Below, piece after piece: positions 1 to 8,353 of a stretch of 64,000 nt of DNA. Where the stretch lies: positions 11,296 through 75,295 of the IMG/VR virus record IMGVR_UViG_3300025941_000018; one strand, written 5' to 3'. Both the position numbers and the translations under genes were made by a program. The notes beneath the pieces were generated by a model, which worked only from the letters and a program-made list of their open reading frames with translations, ran no database searches and was not told the DNA's origin. The stretch comes from a virus. How positions within the stretch are numbered: position 1 is the stretch's first letter; every line of letters starts with the position of its first letter.

Positions 1-47
1 AGTGAATGCTGCCCACCGCGAAGCAACCATTAACACTATCCAATAAC

Positions 48-404
48 ATGAAGACGAAAAGAAAGAAACGCAGATGGACAAAAGCCGACGAAATGAAGGC
101 GGAGATAGACACGCTCAAAGCCGAATTGACAATCGTGCGTAGGCGCTACAAAGAGACCTGCGAGCAAGAGTCGGCAGAGCGCAGCAGAGTCTATAGCCTT
201 ACTGAGAAGTACAGTCTGATCAAGCGGGTCATGGGAGATTTACTTCTACAATCTCATCGGTGCGCGACTTACAAACCTTTAGAAAAGTTGGCTGAGACAC
301 CCCGGATGCGAATCGCCGTTATCGGCACGTCTGGATTGGTTTGCGTCTGGATTGACGACCGGCCAGTGTCAGAAATGAAAGCCGACGACGCCCAGGAACT
401 GTGA
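48..404 (+). CDS. Hypothetical coiled-coil protein
   Basis: ORF coupled (GTGA) to integrase start; ATG at 48 preferred. Confidence 0.6.
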   Translation: MKTKRKKRRWTKADEMKAEIDTLKAELTIVRRRYKETCEQESAERSRVYSLTEKYSLIKRVMGDLLLQSHRCATYKPLEKLAETPRMRIAVIGTSGLVCVWIDDRPVSEMKADDAQEL

Positions 405-1324
405 AATTCGACGCCGCATTCGACAAGTGGCTTGCCGCCAACGACGCCGGGATGTCGGAGGGCTCGCGCTCTGCCTACACGTTCGCTGTCCGCAGGTTCG
501 CCGCGTTCTGCAAAGCGCATCGCCTGCAGGTCGAAGACGTTCACAAACGGCACATCGCGGCTTACATGGCTGAGGCGACTGACGAGATCAAGGGCTGGAC
601 CGTTATGGGCCAGGTGAAGCTTTTGAAACGGGTTTTCGAGTGGGCAGTGGCTGAAGGTCTGGCAGAGACAAACCCCGTCCAATTGAAGTCGCTGCCCAAG
701 CTAGTCCGCCATCGAGCCGATCGCACGGCCTTCACCGCCGATGATTACGCGGCCATCATGGAGCACGTCGGCGCGGCTAAGCCCTACTGGCGGCTTGCCT
801 GTGCGCTTGCCTGGCACACCGGGCTACGCATGGTGGACGTGGCAAATTTGCAGTGGGAGCATGTGGACTTTTCGGTGCGCGTGCTGAGCGTCAAGCCAAT
901 TAAACTTCAGCGCTTCGGACAGCAGCTCGAAATTCCAATGGCCGACGAACTGTATGAGGCGCTCATCCAACGGCACACTGAGAGCACGACCGAGGAACCG
1001 GGCGAGTACGTCCAGCCCGACATGATGATGGCCTACAAATACGGCCGCACTCGGTTAGTTGAGCAGTTCGAACAACTGCGGAAGCGCGCGGGTTTGAGCG
1101 GCGGCAGCTTTCACTCGTTCCGGCACGCAGTGGCCACGAGGCTAATAAATGCAGGCGCTGATTCCTTGGTTGTCGCCTCAATTACAGGGCATAGCCTGAA
1201 GCAACTGAAGGAATACACTCACGTTTCAATGGAAGCCAAAAGGAACGCCTTCAGCATAGCGCAAAAAGTATTGACCCCGCCTTTCAGAAATGAGAATCTT
1301 CGCACGGCCCTAGAACGGCTGTAA
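401..1324 (+). CDS. int: Tyrosine recombinase / integrase
   Basis: TGLR, central K, HSFRH, TGH and Y catalytic pattern; N-terminal core-binding region ending TNP. Confidence 0.93.
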   Translation: MKFDAAFDKWLAANDAGMSEGSRSAYTFAVRRFAAFCKAHRLQVEDVHKRHIAAYMAEATDEIKGWTVMGQVKLLKRVFEWAVAEGLAETNPVQLKSLPKLVRHRADRTAFTADDYAAIMEHVGAAKPYWRLACALAWHTGLRMVDVANLQWEHVDFSVRVLSVKPIKLQRFGQQLEIPMADELYEALIQRHTESTTEEPGEYVQPDMMMAYKYGRTRLVEQFEQLRKRAGLSGGSFHSFRHAVATRLINAGADSLVVASITGHSLKQLKEYTHVSMEAKRNAFSIAQKVLTPPFRNENLRTALERL

Positions 1325-1417
1325 AAACAGATGCGAATAAGATTCTCCATCTCCCTTCACGGTTGCCGCCAAGTCTGTGCGGGTTCTACTTCACGGTCGG
1401 GGGATGGCTTTTCTGTT
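1271..1417 (+). promoter_or_regulatory. Sigma70-like promoter plus structured leader of HNH gene
   Basis: TTGACC-17-GAATCT; hairpin GGCC-CTAGAAC-GGCT (1306-1320) whose loop is complementary to GTTCTA (1383-1388) inside a CCATCTCC/GGGGATGG stem. Confidence 0.55.
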
Positions 1418-2155
1418 ATGTCAAACGCAAAACACGCACGGAAGTACTATTGGAGCCATCGGGAGGAGGTCCTGAGGCGGGCTGTAGAGTATCGCAAGAA
1501 TAACTTGGAGAAATTTCGCCTCCGACATGCAGCAAACCACCTGAAGCACAAAGCTAAAAATAACGCCTATTCCGCGAGGTACTTAGCTGAGCATCGCGAA
1601 GCGATTAACGCCCGTAAACGCAGGTATTACGCGTCGAACAAAGAGAGAATATTACGAGCGAGAGCAGAGGAGAGGATTAATAACTTGGATGCTTTTCGCG
1701 CACACGGCAGGGCGAAATACTGGAAAAACCCGGAAAAAGGCAGGATAGCGTGTGCCGCCTACGCCAAGAAGTATCCAGAAAAATGTGTCGCTAGGGTTGC
1801 AAAACGTCGGGCTCGCATGGCCGCCGTAAGAACGTCAGAGGACGCGGCAACACTAATCTTTCGCTTAAAAAATCAGGCAAAAAAGATCCGATGCCACTGG
1901 TGTGGACGCCGATTAACTTCCTCCACTCTGGAAATCGACCATATCATTCCAATTTCCAAAGGCGGGGCTCACGAGGCTGACAACTTGTGCGCAAGTTGCA
2001 AATCGTGCAACACTAGCAAGGGAGACAGGGCTTTGAAGGACTGGCACAAAAAAGGCCAGCAAATACTCCCATTAGAGCCCTCTGGTTCAACCGCCATGGG
2101 CAACACAATTTCGCCAGTTCCAGTTGGAAACGCACAAGGCAACCAATGTTTCTAA
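1418..2155 (+). CDS. HNH endonuclease with long basic helical N-terminus
   Basis: CHWC...EIDHIIPISKGG...NLCASCKSCNTSKG. Confidence 0.9.
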   Translation: MSNAKHARKYYWSHREEVLRRAVEYRKNNLEKFRLRHAANHLKHKAKNNAYSARYLAEHREAINARKRRYYASNKERILRARAEERINNLDAFRAHGRAKYWKNPEKGRIACAAYAKKYPEKCVARVAKRRARMAAVRTSEDAATLIFRLKNQAKKIRCHWCGRRLTSSTLEIDHIIPISKGGAHEADNLCASCKSCNTSKGDRALKDWHKKGQQILPLEPSGSTAMGNTISPVPVGNAQGNQCF

Positions 2156-2213
2156 TTTCACGGGCTGCTTTGTCGCTGCTCGCCGGTTGGCGGGCGCTGG
2201 CGATTCCGAATTT

Positions 2214-2522
2214 ATGAGTTTGAAATATCACGGCAGATTTGGCGACGGATTGCTCTATACGCTTGGGGAGACTCGAATAATTCTATCCGGCCCAAAGGAA
2301 CGTGAAGCGATTGGCTGGCATTTCAGCATTTCATGCCCCGACAGGAACCCAACTTGGGAGGAACAGAAAAAAGCCAGATACGAACTTTGCCCGGACGACC
2401 TCTACATGGTCCAGATCATGCCGCCCAAGAAAGAGTACGTGGCCGTTCACGAATTCACATTTCATTGGCATGAGGCTGGACCTAAGTTTTTCGACGTTAA
2501 AACCGGAAGGCCATTAGGGTGA
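2214..2522 (+). CDS. Conserved phage hypothetical protein
   Basis: WHFSIS...PTWEE...PPKKEYV..H...H pattern typical of small phage proteins. Confidence 0.7.
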   Translation: MSLKYHGRFGDGLLYTLGETRIILSGPKEREAIGWHFSISCPDRNPTWEEQKKARYELCPDDLYMVQIMPPKKEYVAVHEFTFHWHEAGPKFFDVKTGRPLG

Positions 2523-2550
2523 AACCACCACACCACCCAGAAGCAGGATT

Positions 2551-3423
2551 ATGAAAATGCTTCTTGACCTTTCGGCACTCCCTTGGCAGCATCGTCTCGC
2601 TTTGCAGGACTCCGAGACATCTAAGGATTTGTCGCCCTCTCCGGGGGAATCTTCGCTTGTCGAGGCGTCCGCAAAGCACCCGGAGGGCGGCGATATTAAG
2701 CGTCAAATCCATTTGCGGAAGAAAGCGGCGCGGATGCGGGCCTGGAGGTTGAGAAACCCTGAAGTAATGAAGGCAAGAAACCGCAAGTGGTACGCTGAAA
2801 ATAAGGAGTGCATTTCAAACAAGGCGCGACTGAGATATGCGGCAAACCCATCTGTTAAAATATCGAACAACAGGGACTACTATCGACGCAATCGAGAAAA
2901 AGTTAACGCTTACAACAAAAGGCTTGTCGAAAGAATCAAGCGAGAGCAGCCCGAGCGCTACGCCGCGTGGCTGCGCAAGACATACGAAAACGCCAAGCCA
3001 GGCTTAGTGGAGTATAGACGCCGTCCAGAAATTAAGGCACGCCACCGCGTTGAGAGCAGGCGGTGGGAAGCGGCAAATCCAGAAAAGCGGAGAGCAATGA
3101 ATCGCTCTTGGGTTGAAAGAAACAAAGAAAAAGTAGCCGCAGATCGCAAAGCTCGAAAGGCGCTACCAGAGGACAGGCCAGGGGTTGATGAATTTCTTCG
3201 AAAAGTTTTTAGCAGGCGATTTATAAAATGCTACTATTGCCAACGAAGGACCAGCACGAAGGCGGTTCACGTTGACCATATTGTGCCGAGAAGCAAGGGA
3301 GGAAAAACAAAAGCCGATAACCTTTGTGCCGCCTGTCCAGACTGTAACCTTTCCAAGCACGCAGCGCTAATTCCAGATTGGCAGAAACGCCGCGACCACT
3401 CGCAGCAAATCTTGCACTTATGA
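2551..3423 (+). CDS. HNH endonuclease (true start probably near 2734)
   Basis: CYYC...HVDHIVPRSKGG...NLCAACPDCNLSK; similar to 1418..2155. Confidence 0.9.
   Translation: MKMLLDLSALPWQHRLALQDSETSKDLSPSPGESSLVEASAKHPEGGDIKRQIHLRKKAARMRAWRLRNPEVMKARNRKWYAENKECISNKARLRYAANPSVKISNNRDYYRRNREKVNAYNKRLVERIKREQPERYAAWLRKTYENAKPGLVEYRRRPEIKARHRVESRRWEAANPEKRRAMNRSWVERNKEKVAADRKARKALPEDRPGVDEFLRKVFSRRFIKCYYCQRRTSTKAVHVDHIVPRSKGGKTKADNLCAACPDCNLSKHAALIPDWQKRRDHSQQILHL
2564..2693 (+). promoter_or_regulatory. Promoter plus structured leader of HNH gene
   Basis: TTGACC-17-CAGCAT; hairpin GTCTCG..CGAGAC (2594-2618) carrying GCTTTGCAGGAC, complementary to GTCCGCAAAGC (2667-2677) within a long stem 2632-2693. 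Confidence 0.6.
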
Positions 3424-4070
3424 AAATATTTTCCTTCTATGGCGATGTCCCGGAACTGCCACGCGGAGACGAATTACGTTTAACTATCTTATGGCGCGAG
3501 AAATGGAAATCTGCCGGCTGGGAGCCGGTCATTTTGTCTGAGTGGCAAGCCCGACAGCATCCACACTTTGAAGAATACGATGCGGCAATTTCAAAGTTGC
3601 CGTCGTGCAATCCGCCAATTTATGAAAAATTCTGCTTCTATAGATGGATCGCTCTCGCCCAAGTTGGCGGTGGCTGGCTTGCCGATTATGATCTTTTTGC
3701 GACACCCAACGGAAACCCACTTTGGCACCGACTAACCGGTGCAGAGATGAACAAAGTCATCATCATGCAGCAACCATGCTGCCCATGCCTTGTGTGGTGT
3801 AGCGCCGACAACGCGATTCGTCTCTGTCGTGAGTTTGCGAAAGGCATCGGCAATAATCCCCAGGACGCACGCGCTCATTTTTCTGATCAGTATTCCCTTG
3901 AACGTCTGGTGCTCGACGGTGCCGACTGGATCGAAGTGCGCAACGTGGTGAAGCAGTATCCAGATGAAGGCTGCAAGGATGCTCCTTTAATCCACTACCC
4001 TAATGCCGCCCTTGGACCTCGAAACCTCACCCCGAAATGGCGCCACATTCCGAAGCTCCTACCACTATGA
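3420..4070 (+). CDS. Putative GT-A glycosyltransferase (DxD, GT32-like)
   Basis: W...W...GW start, RWIAL...GGGWLADYD motif. Confidence 0.6.
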   Translation: MKIFSFYGDVPELPRGDELRLTILWREKWKSAGWEPVILSEWQARQHPHFEEYDAAISKLPSCNPPIYEKFCFYRWIALAQVGGGWLADYDLFATPNGNPLWHRLTGAEMNKVIIMQQPCCPCLVWCSADNAIRLCREFAKGIGNNPQDARAHFSDQYSLERLVLDGADWIEVRNVVKQYPDEGCKDAPLIHYPNAALGPRNLTPKWRHIPKLLPL

Positions 4071-4312
4071 AGTTCAACAAACACGACAACGTCAGCCCGG
4101 CGGCCCGAGCGCATCAGGCAAAGCGCAAAGCCGAATTTCACGCCGTCCACAAACACATCGGCACCAAGAACGCGCTTTACTGGAACATGCGCGTGCGCGG
4201 CTGGTGGACCAAAGCTGTCCTGAAGGCGCGAGGTCCTGCTGTCCCGACATCGCTTCGAGAGGCGGCTGAGTTTGCCCTGGCGCAGGCGCTTGAACAGCGG
4301 AGGGCGCGATGA
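4067..4312 (+). CDS. Hypothetical basic protein
   Basis: ATGA-coupled at both ends. Confidence 0.6.
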   Translation: MKFNKHDNVSPAARAHQAKRKAEFHAVHKHIGTKNALYWNMRVRGWWTKAVLKARGPAVPTSLREAAEFALAQALEQRRAR

Positions 4313-4995
4313 GCGCGATGAGCGACGATCTTCTCGTTGTGCTGGCGCACTCGAAGGCCAGCGACGCGCTGGCAAGGCACTGGCCATGGCTCCTGAAAGG
4401 TGAGTGCGACATCCTTGGGGTTGGCCGCGAGGACACGACCACCATTTGGCCGGCTGAAAAGGGGCAGGACAATTTCATCGGCGAGATAAGGGTGGGTGCG
4501 GAATCCTACGCCAGCGGCCAAAATCACATAACACGCTACCTAGATGTGCTGCGGTGGTGCACGGATCACGTCGCGCATCAGCGATTTTGTGTCATTGAAT
4601 ATGACTGCCTGATTTTCAAACCACTTTCCTTAGTTGCGTTCAAACCAGGATTGCTTACAACCTGCGCCGGCGGTCGCAGTGAAGGCTTTCGCGGCTCGCT
4701 GTTCTTCCATACGCCATGGTGGTGCGACCGAACGACAGCTTGCGACATAATGCGTTACGGCGGACGAATGCTTCGTGCGGGTCTCGACGAGCGGGGCTTT
4801 CTGGATCGCTGGCTGGGACTTCTCGCCGACCTTTACGATCTTCGGGTGCAAGACTTCGTGGATTTCTGGTACACGCAAAACACCATCGACACGCCAGAGA
4901 AAATTGCCGAGGCCCGCAGAGCCATCATCGCTGGGGCATGGGGTTTGCATGGCTGTAAGACCGCCGCGCAATTGGAGGCCATCACCCGTGGTTGA
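4309..4995 (+). CDS. Putative glycosyltransferase-like protein
   Basis: VVLAH start, VIEYD (ExD) motif, late HGCK. Confidence 0.45.
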   Translation: MSAMSDDLLVVLAHSKASDALARHWPWLLKGECDILGVGREDTTTIWPAEKGQDNFIGEIRVGAESYASGQNHITRYLDVLRWCTDHVAHQRFCVIEYDCLIFKPLSLVAFKPGLLTTCAGGRSEGFRGSLFFHTPWWCDRTTACDIMRYGGRMLRAGLDERGFLDRWLGLLADLYDLRVQDFVDFWYTQNTIDTPEKIAEARRAIIAGAWGLHGCKTAAQLEAITRG

Positions 4996-5185
4996 ACCTT
5001 TGCCATGCCCAATCTGCGGAAAGCCGCCGCGCACACGCAACCCATTCGGCACCCATTTGTTCGAGGTCCTGTGCGACGACGGGCATAAAGAATGGTGCTG
5101 CTTCTCCATCCTCACGATGGAAGACGCGATTGAGCTTTGGAATAGTGAGTGCGAAATTGCTACTCAGGAAAGAAAGCTATTATGA
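4988..5185 (+). CDS. Lar-like small zinc-finger protein
   Basis: LPCPICG...C...AIELWN pattern. Confidence 0.5.
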   Translation: MVEPLPCPICGKPPRTRNPFGTHLFEVLCDDGHKEWCCFSILTMEDAIELWNSECEIATQERKLL

Positions 5186-5817
5186 ACTTAGACGAAATGA
5201 GCTTGGATCAGATCGGCCTTGTCCATGGCACAGATCAGGCTTCTAGCCACCATGGATTTTTGTCCCACATGGAATCTTTCCTTGAACCTATGCGCGAGAC
5301 TGCTTCGAAGGTAGTCGAAATAGGTGTGGCGGGAGCGGCTGGGACGCGCACGCTTCGAGACTATTTTTCTAACGCTCATATTTTCGGCATCGATCACAAT
5401 CCAGAGAGCTGCAAATTCGACTTAGGACCACGGGTTACACTCATCCATGGCGATGCGAGCCACGAGGAATTCTGGAAGCAATTTGAGAATGAAAACGGAG
5501 GCAACCTAGATTTGATAAGCGACGACGCGAGCCATAATGTCTGGGCAACCTGGGTGGCATTTCACCAAGGCTGGAAGTTGTTGAAGCCCTCGGGCCTCTT
5601 TCTGATCCAAGATATTCACGCGGGCTGGGACCCGGCTTATCGCCGCGACAATGAGCCAAATGGCCTACCTAAATACATGACCGTTCACGATTGGATCTGC
5701 GATCTAGCCATCACGCGCTTGCACGAAGGCGGAGCGAACCAATGTGGCAAACCCACAACGGCAGACTTCGAGTCCATTTACCTATCCAAAAGCCTGGCCG
5801 TCATAAAGAAACGCTGA
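5182..5817 (+). CDS. Class I SAM-dependent methyltransferase (sugar O-methyltransferase-like)
   Basis: HGTD, VVEIGV, IFGID, GDAS, DLISDDASH, LKPSGLFLIQDIH. Confidence 0.85.
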   Translation: MNLDEMSLDQIGLVHGTDQASSHHGFLSHMESFLEPMRETASKVVEIGVAGAAGTRTLRDYFSNAHIFGIDHNPESCKFDLGPRVTLIHGDASHEEFWKQFENENGGNLDLISDDASHNVWATWVAFHQGWKLLKPSGLFLIQDIHAGWDPAYRRDNEPNGLPKYMTVHDWICDLAITRLHEGGANQCGKPTTADFESIYLSKSLAVIKKR

Positions 5818-5820
5818 CCT

Positions 5821-6069
5821 ATGATAGACGCCGATGACGAATTTCGATACGCGCAACTCGATATCCTTGAGGTCGTGCAGCGCAAACTAGCAATCATCAA
5901 TGCCCAGCGGAACGAAATCATGGAAGCCTTTATAGCCAAGCATGGCTTCGACGCGGACGAGGCAGTCCAAGTCGTTCAGCGGATGCGTGATGGAAGCGAG
6001 AAGTTCTTTATTCGCAAGCGCACGCCAGAGGAAATGGAAATGCTCAATAGGCTTAGTTCAGAATTATGA
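5821..6069 (+). CDS. Hypothetical protein
   Basis: In-operon ORF coupled to next gene. Confidence 0.65.
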   Translation: MIDADDEFRYAQLDILEVVQRKLAIINAQRNEIMEAFIAKHGFDADEAVQVVQRMRDGSEKFFIRKRTPEEMEMLNRLSSEL

Positions 6070-6851
6070 AGAAACTTTTGGTCAGCTATTCAAACTGTCA
6101 AGGGTCGGGTGCCCTGTTCTTCCTCAAGCGCACGCACCTTGCCGAGGAATACGAGATGCGGCAATGGAACAACTGGCAGTGCATGCTCGATGAGGTAGAT
6201 CCGCAGGCGATGCTAAAGGACGCCACCCAGGCGGATGTGTTTCTCTATCAGCCAACCGACCGCTTCGAGAGTCGGGCGGGCTTCAACGTGCCGAGTACGG
6301 ACGAAATAAAGAGCCTGCTAGTTCCAGACGGATGCCAGTGCATTTCGTTTGCCTACGCATACAACGATGGCTTCTTCCCCCTCCTCAAGCACGGCGACTG
6401 GAAAACCGGCAATCGCGCTAAAGAACTCGCCGCCATCAGCCCCTACCGTCTCTTCGCTGCCTACAACGCTGATCTGACCTACGACTGCGCGCGTCGGTTC
6501 GTGGAATGTTTGAGCGAGATGTCCAAGCGCGAACAACTCTGCGACATCAAAATGGTCCCGTTCATCCTGAACACCTACCGCGATACTCGGCTCTTCCTAA
6601 ACGAGAACCATCCATCATCATTCATGTTCTGCCACCTGGCGCAGCAAATTTACATTCAGATCAAATCCGAGAGTCCCGACGTGACGAAGATGCTGACTGC
6701 CGACGAGAACGAAGTGAACCTGCCGATGGGCATTAACCCAACGCATCAGTCAGTGGTCAACGAACTGGGCCTGCGCTATCTCGCCGACGAACGCGCCCAC
6801 GAGTTTTACCGCAACTGGTTTGAACAGTATTTGAAGGAGATGAAGCCATGA
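6066..6851 (+). CDS. WcbI-like polysaccharide biosynthesis protein (putative acetyltransferase)
   Basis: SNCQ N-terminal motif, DVFLYQP, LFLNENHPS. Confidence 0.7.
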   Translation: MKKLLVSYSNCQGSGALFFLKRTHLAEEYEMRQWNNWQCMLDEVDPQAMLKDATQADVFLYQPTDRFESRAGFNVPSTDEIKSLLVPDGCQCISFAYAYNDGFFPLLKHGDWKTGNRAKELAAISPYRLFAAYNADLTYDCARRFVECLSEMSKREQLCDIKMVPFILNTYRDTRLFLNENHPSSFMFCHLAQQIYIQIKSESPDVTKMLTADENEVNLPMGINPTHQSVVNELGLRYLADERAHEFYRNWFEQYLKEMKP

Positions 6852-7051
6852 CACCAGAACAAGAAATCATAATTATCAAAGAACGGTTTGAAGCCCTCGA
6901 AAAACTTGTGCTCAATTTAACGCTCATGCACCTTCGCCCTAACGAGCACATCCCCCAAGCAGACCGAACAGCACTGGACCACCTGCTTGGCAACCTGCAA
7001 TACGCAGGTGTTAAGAATTACGAAGAATTCAACTATAAAGGGGAACGATGA
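6848..7051 (+). CDS. Hypothetical protein
   Basis: ATGA-coupled ORF. Confidence 0.6.
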   Translation: MTPEQEIIIIKERFEALEKLVLNLTLMHLRPNEHIPQADRTALDHLLGNLQYAGVKNYEEFNYKGER

Positions 7052-7206
7052 GCGACACCGAAACCAAAAAACCGGACTGCGCCTGCGCTACGGATGATCC
7101 AAGGGAATGCGCCAGGATGAGAGACAGCCGAACCCAAGAAGGGGATTATGGCCGTCTGTGTGAATGCCCCTGCCACGATGAGTTTGAATACGAGGATGAA
7201 ATATGA
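7048..7206 (+). CDS. Small Cys-rich protein (52 aa, not in ORF track)
   Basis: MSDTETKKPDCAC...ECAR.RD...CECPCH; ATGA-coupled on both sides; similar to 63378..63647. Confidence 0.65.
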   Translation: MSDTETKKPDCACATDDPRECARMRDSRTQEGDYGRLCECPCHDEFEYEDEI

Positions 7207-8042
7207 GCATGTGCATCAAATGCGGTATCGCCTTCATTAATCGACCTGAGTGTCCCGCGCCAGAGAATCAGCTTTGCCTTTGGTGTGAGCGCGATGGGTT
7301 GAAGGAATTGAACGCGACCTTGTGTGCCGCCATCAAGCGTTTGGAAATCACGCACGTTGAGCTAATGAAAACGAACGGGATTCTTATGCAATTCGTGCCT
7401 TGCGGAGATTGTGATCCGTGTCTGGTTGGCAAACCGGCACAGTGCGCAATGATTCCGCTAGATGAGTTTGTAAAGCAAAAGGAAAAGCAAGTGTCCGATC
7501 TTCAACAGCAACTCGAATCCGCATTCAAAGGCGTACTGTCCATCCGCTGCACCAAGCACTACACCGTGCCACAACAGAACAAAAACGAGCACGGCGGCGG
7601 ACAGTGCGGCGGGTGCATCGCGGGCGAGCGGGACAAGTTCGCTCGTATCGCAGACCGAGAAATCCAATTGCGGGTGCAACTGGCCAATATGCTTTTCGAG
7701 TGCCAAGAGGCTCTGAAAGTCGCCATCAACACCGTTGAGTGCGCGAGTATCGACACAAGGACAGGCGAGGAATTGCCGTGGTATAAAATGGCCAAGAAAG
7801 CATTGCTCCCAAGAAAGCTCACCGAGGCCGAGGAGAAACTGTGCGCCGATTCCTTTCACAAGTCCAAAATTGCCCAATTAGAGCGCCATGTGAGAAACTT
7901 GGAAATCGCCTTGGCTGAGTCGGTAAAATTACAGAGCTTCTATGGGCAACTGCTTAACACCTACGATGGCGGGAGCAGGCTCAAATTTGATGACTCCCAA
8001 GGCTGGATTATGCGACTGCAACAAACTGGAACCCTGCCATGA
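7203..8042 (+). CDS. Hypothetical Cys-rich coiled-coil protein
   Basis: Several CxxC pairs; coupled ORF. Confidence 0.65.
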   Translation: MSMCIKCGIAFINRPECPAPENQLCLWCERDGLKELNATLCAAIKRLEITHVELMKTNGILMQFVPCGDCDPCLVGKPAQCAMIPLDEFVKQKEKQVSDLQQQLESAFKGVLSIRCTKHYTVPQQNKNEHGGGQCGGCIAGERDKFARIADREIQLRVQLANMLFECQEALKVAINTVECASIDTRTGEELPWYKMAKKALLPRKLTEAEEKLCADSFHKSKIAQLERHVRNLEIALAESVKLQSFYGQLLNTYDGGSRLKFDDSQGWIMRLQQTGTLP

Positions 8043-8353
8043 TACAACTCCAAAACGACACCAAGATCCGCTTCGTAAACGCCGTCGATGCGCTGCTTAC
8101 CCATGCCCGCGAGTGTGAAGCTTGCACCGAATACATGCAGACCGGAGAGGGCGACCTTTGCGACTGGGCCAAAATCAGCCTTGCTCACGAGATGGCTTTC
8201 GCCGACATGAAGCCGATCATCGACGAGAACTTCGTCTTACTCCCCGACGCGGCGACAGGCCCCTGCCCGCCCGCATCGTTGTCAGAGAGCGTCCTACCAT
8301 CCGCGGTGACAACCCTCGCCGAGAACCCACACGGGCACCTCGACTACGAGTAA
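8039..8353 (+). CDS. Hypothetical protein; 3' end overlaps giant ORF antisense
   Basis: ATGA-coupled; H...CxxC...C motif. Confidence 0.55.
   Translation: MIQLQNDTKIRFVNAVDALLTHARECEACTEYMQTGEGDLCDWAKISLAHEMAFADMKPIIDENFVLLPDAATGPCPPASLSESVLPSAVTTLAENPHGHLDYE

Noticed and set aside
1-1324. attP/attL site near the integrase
   Set aside because: No repeat, tRNA fragment or host junction visible; cannot tell free phage from prophage
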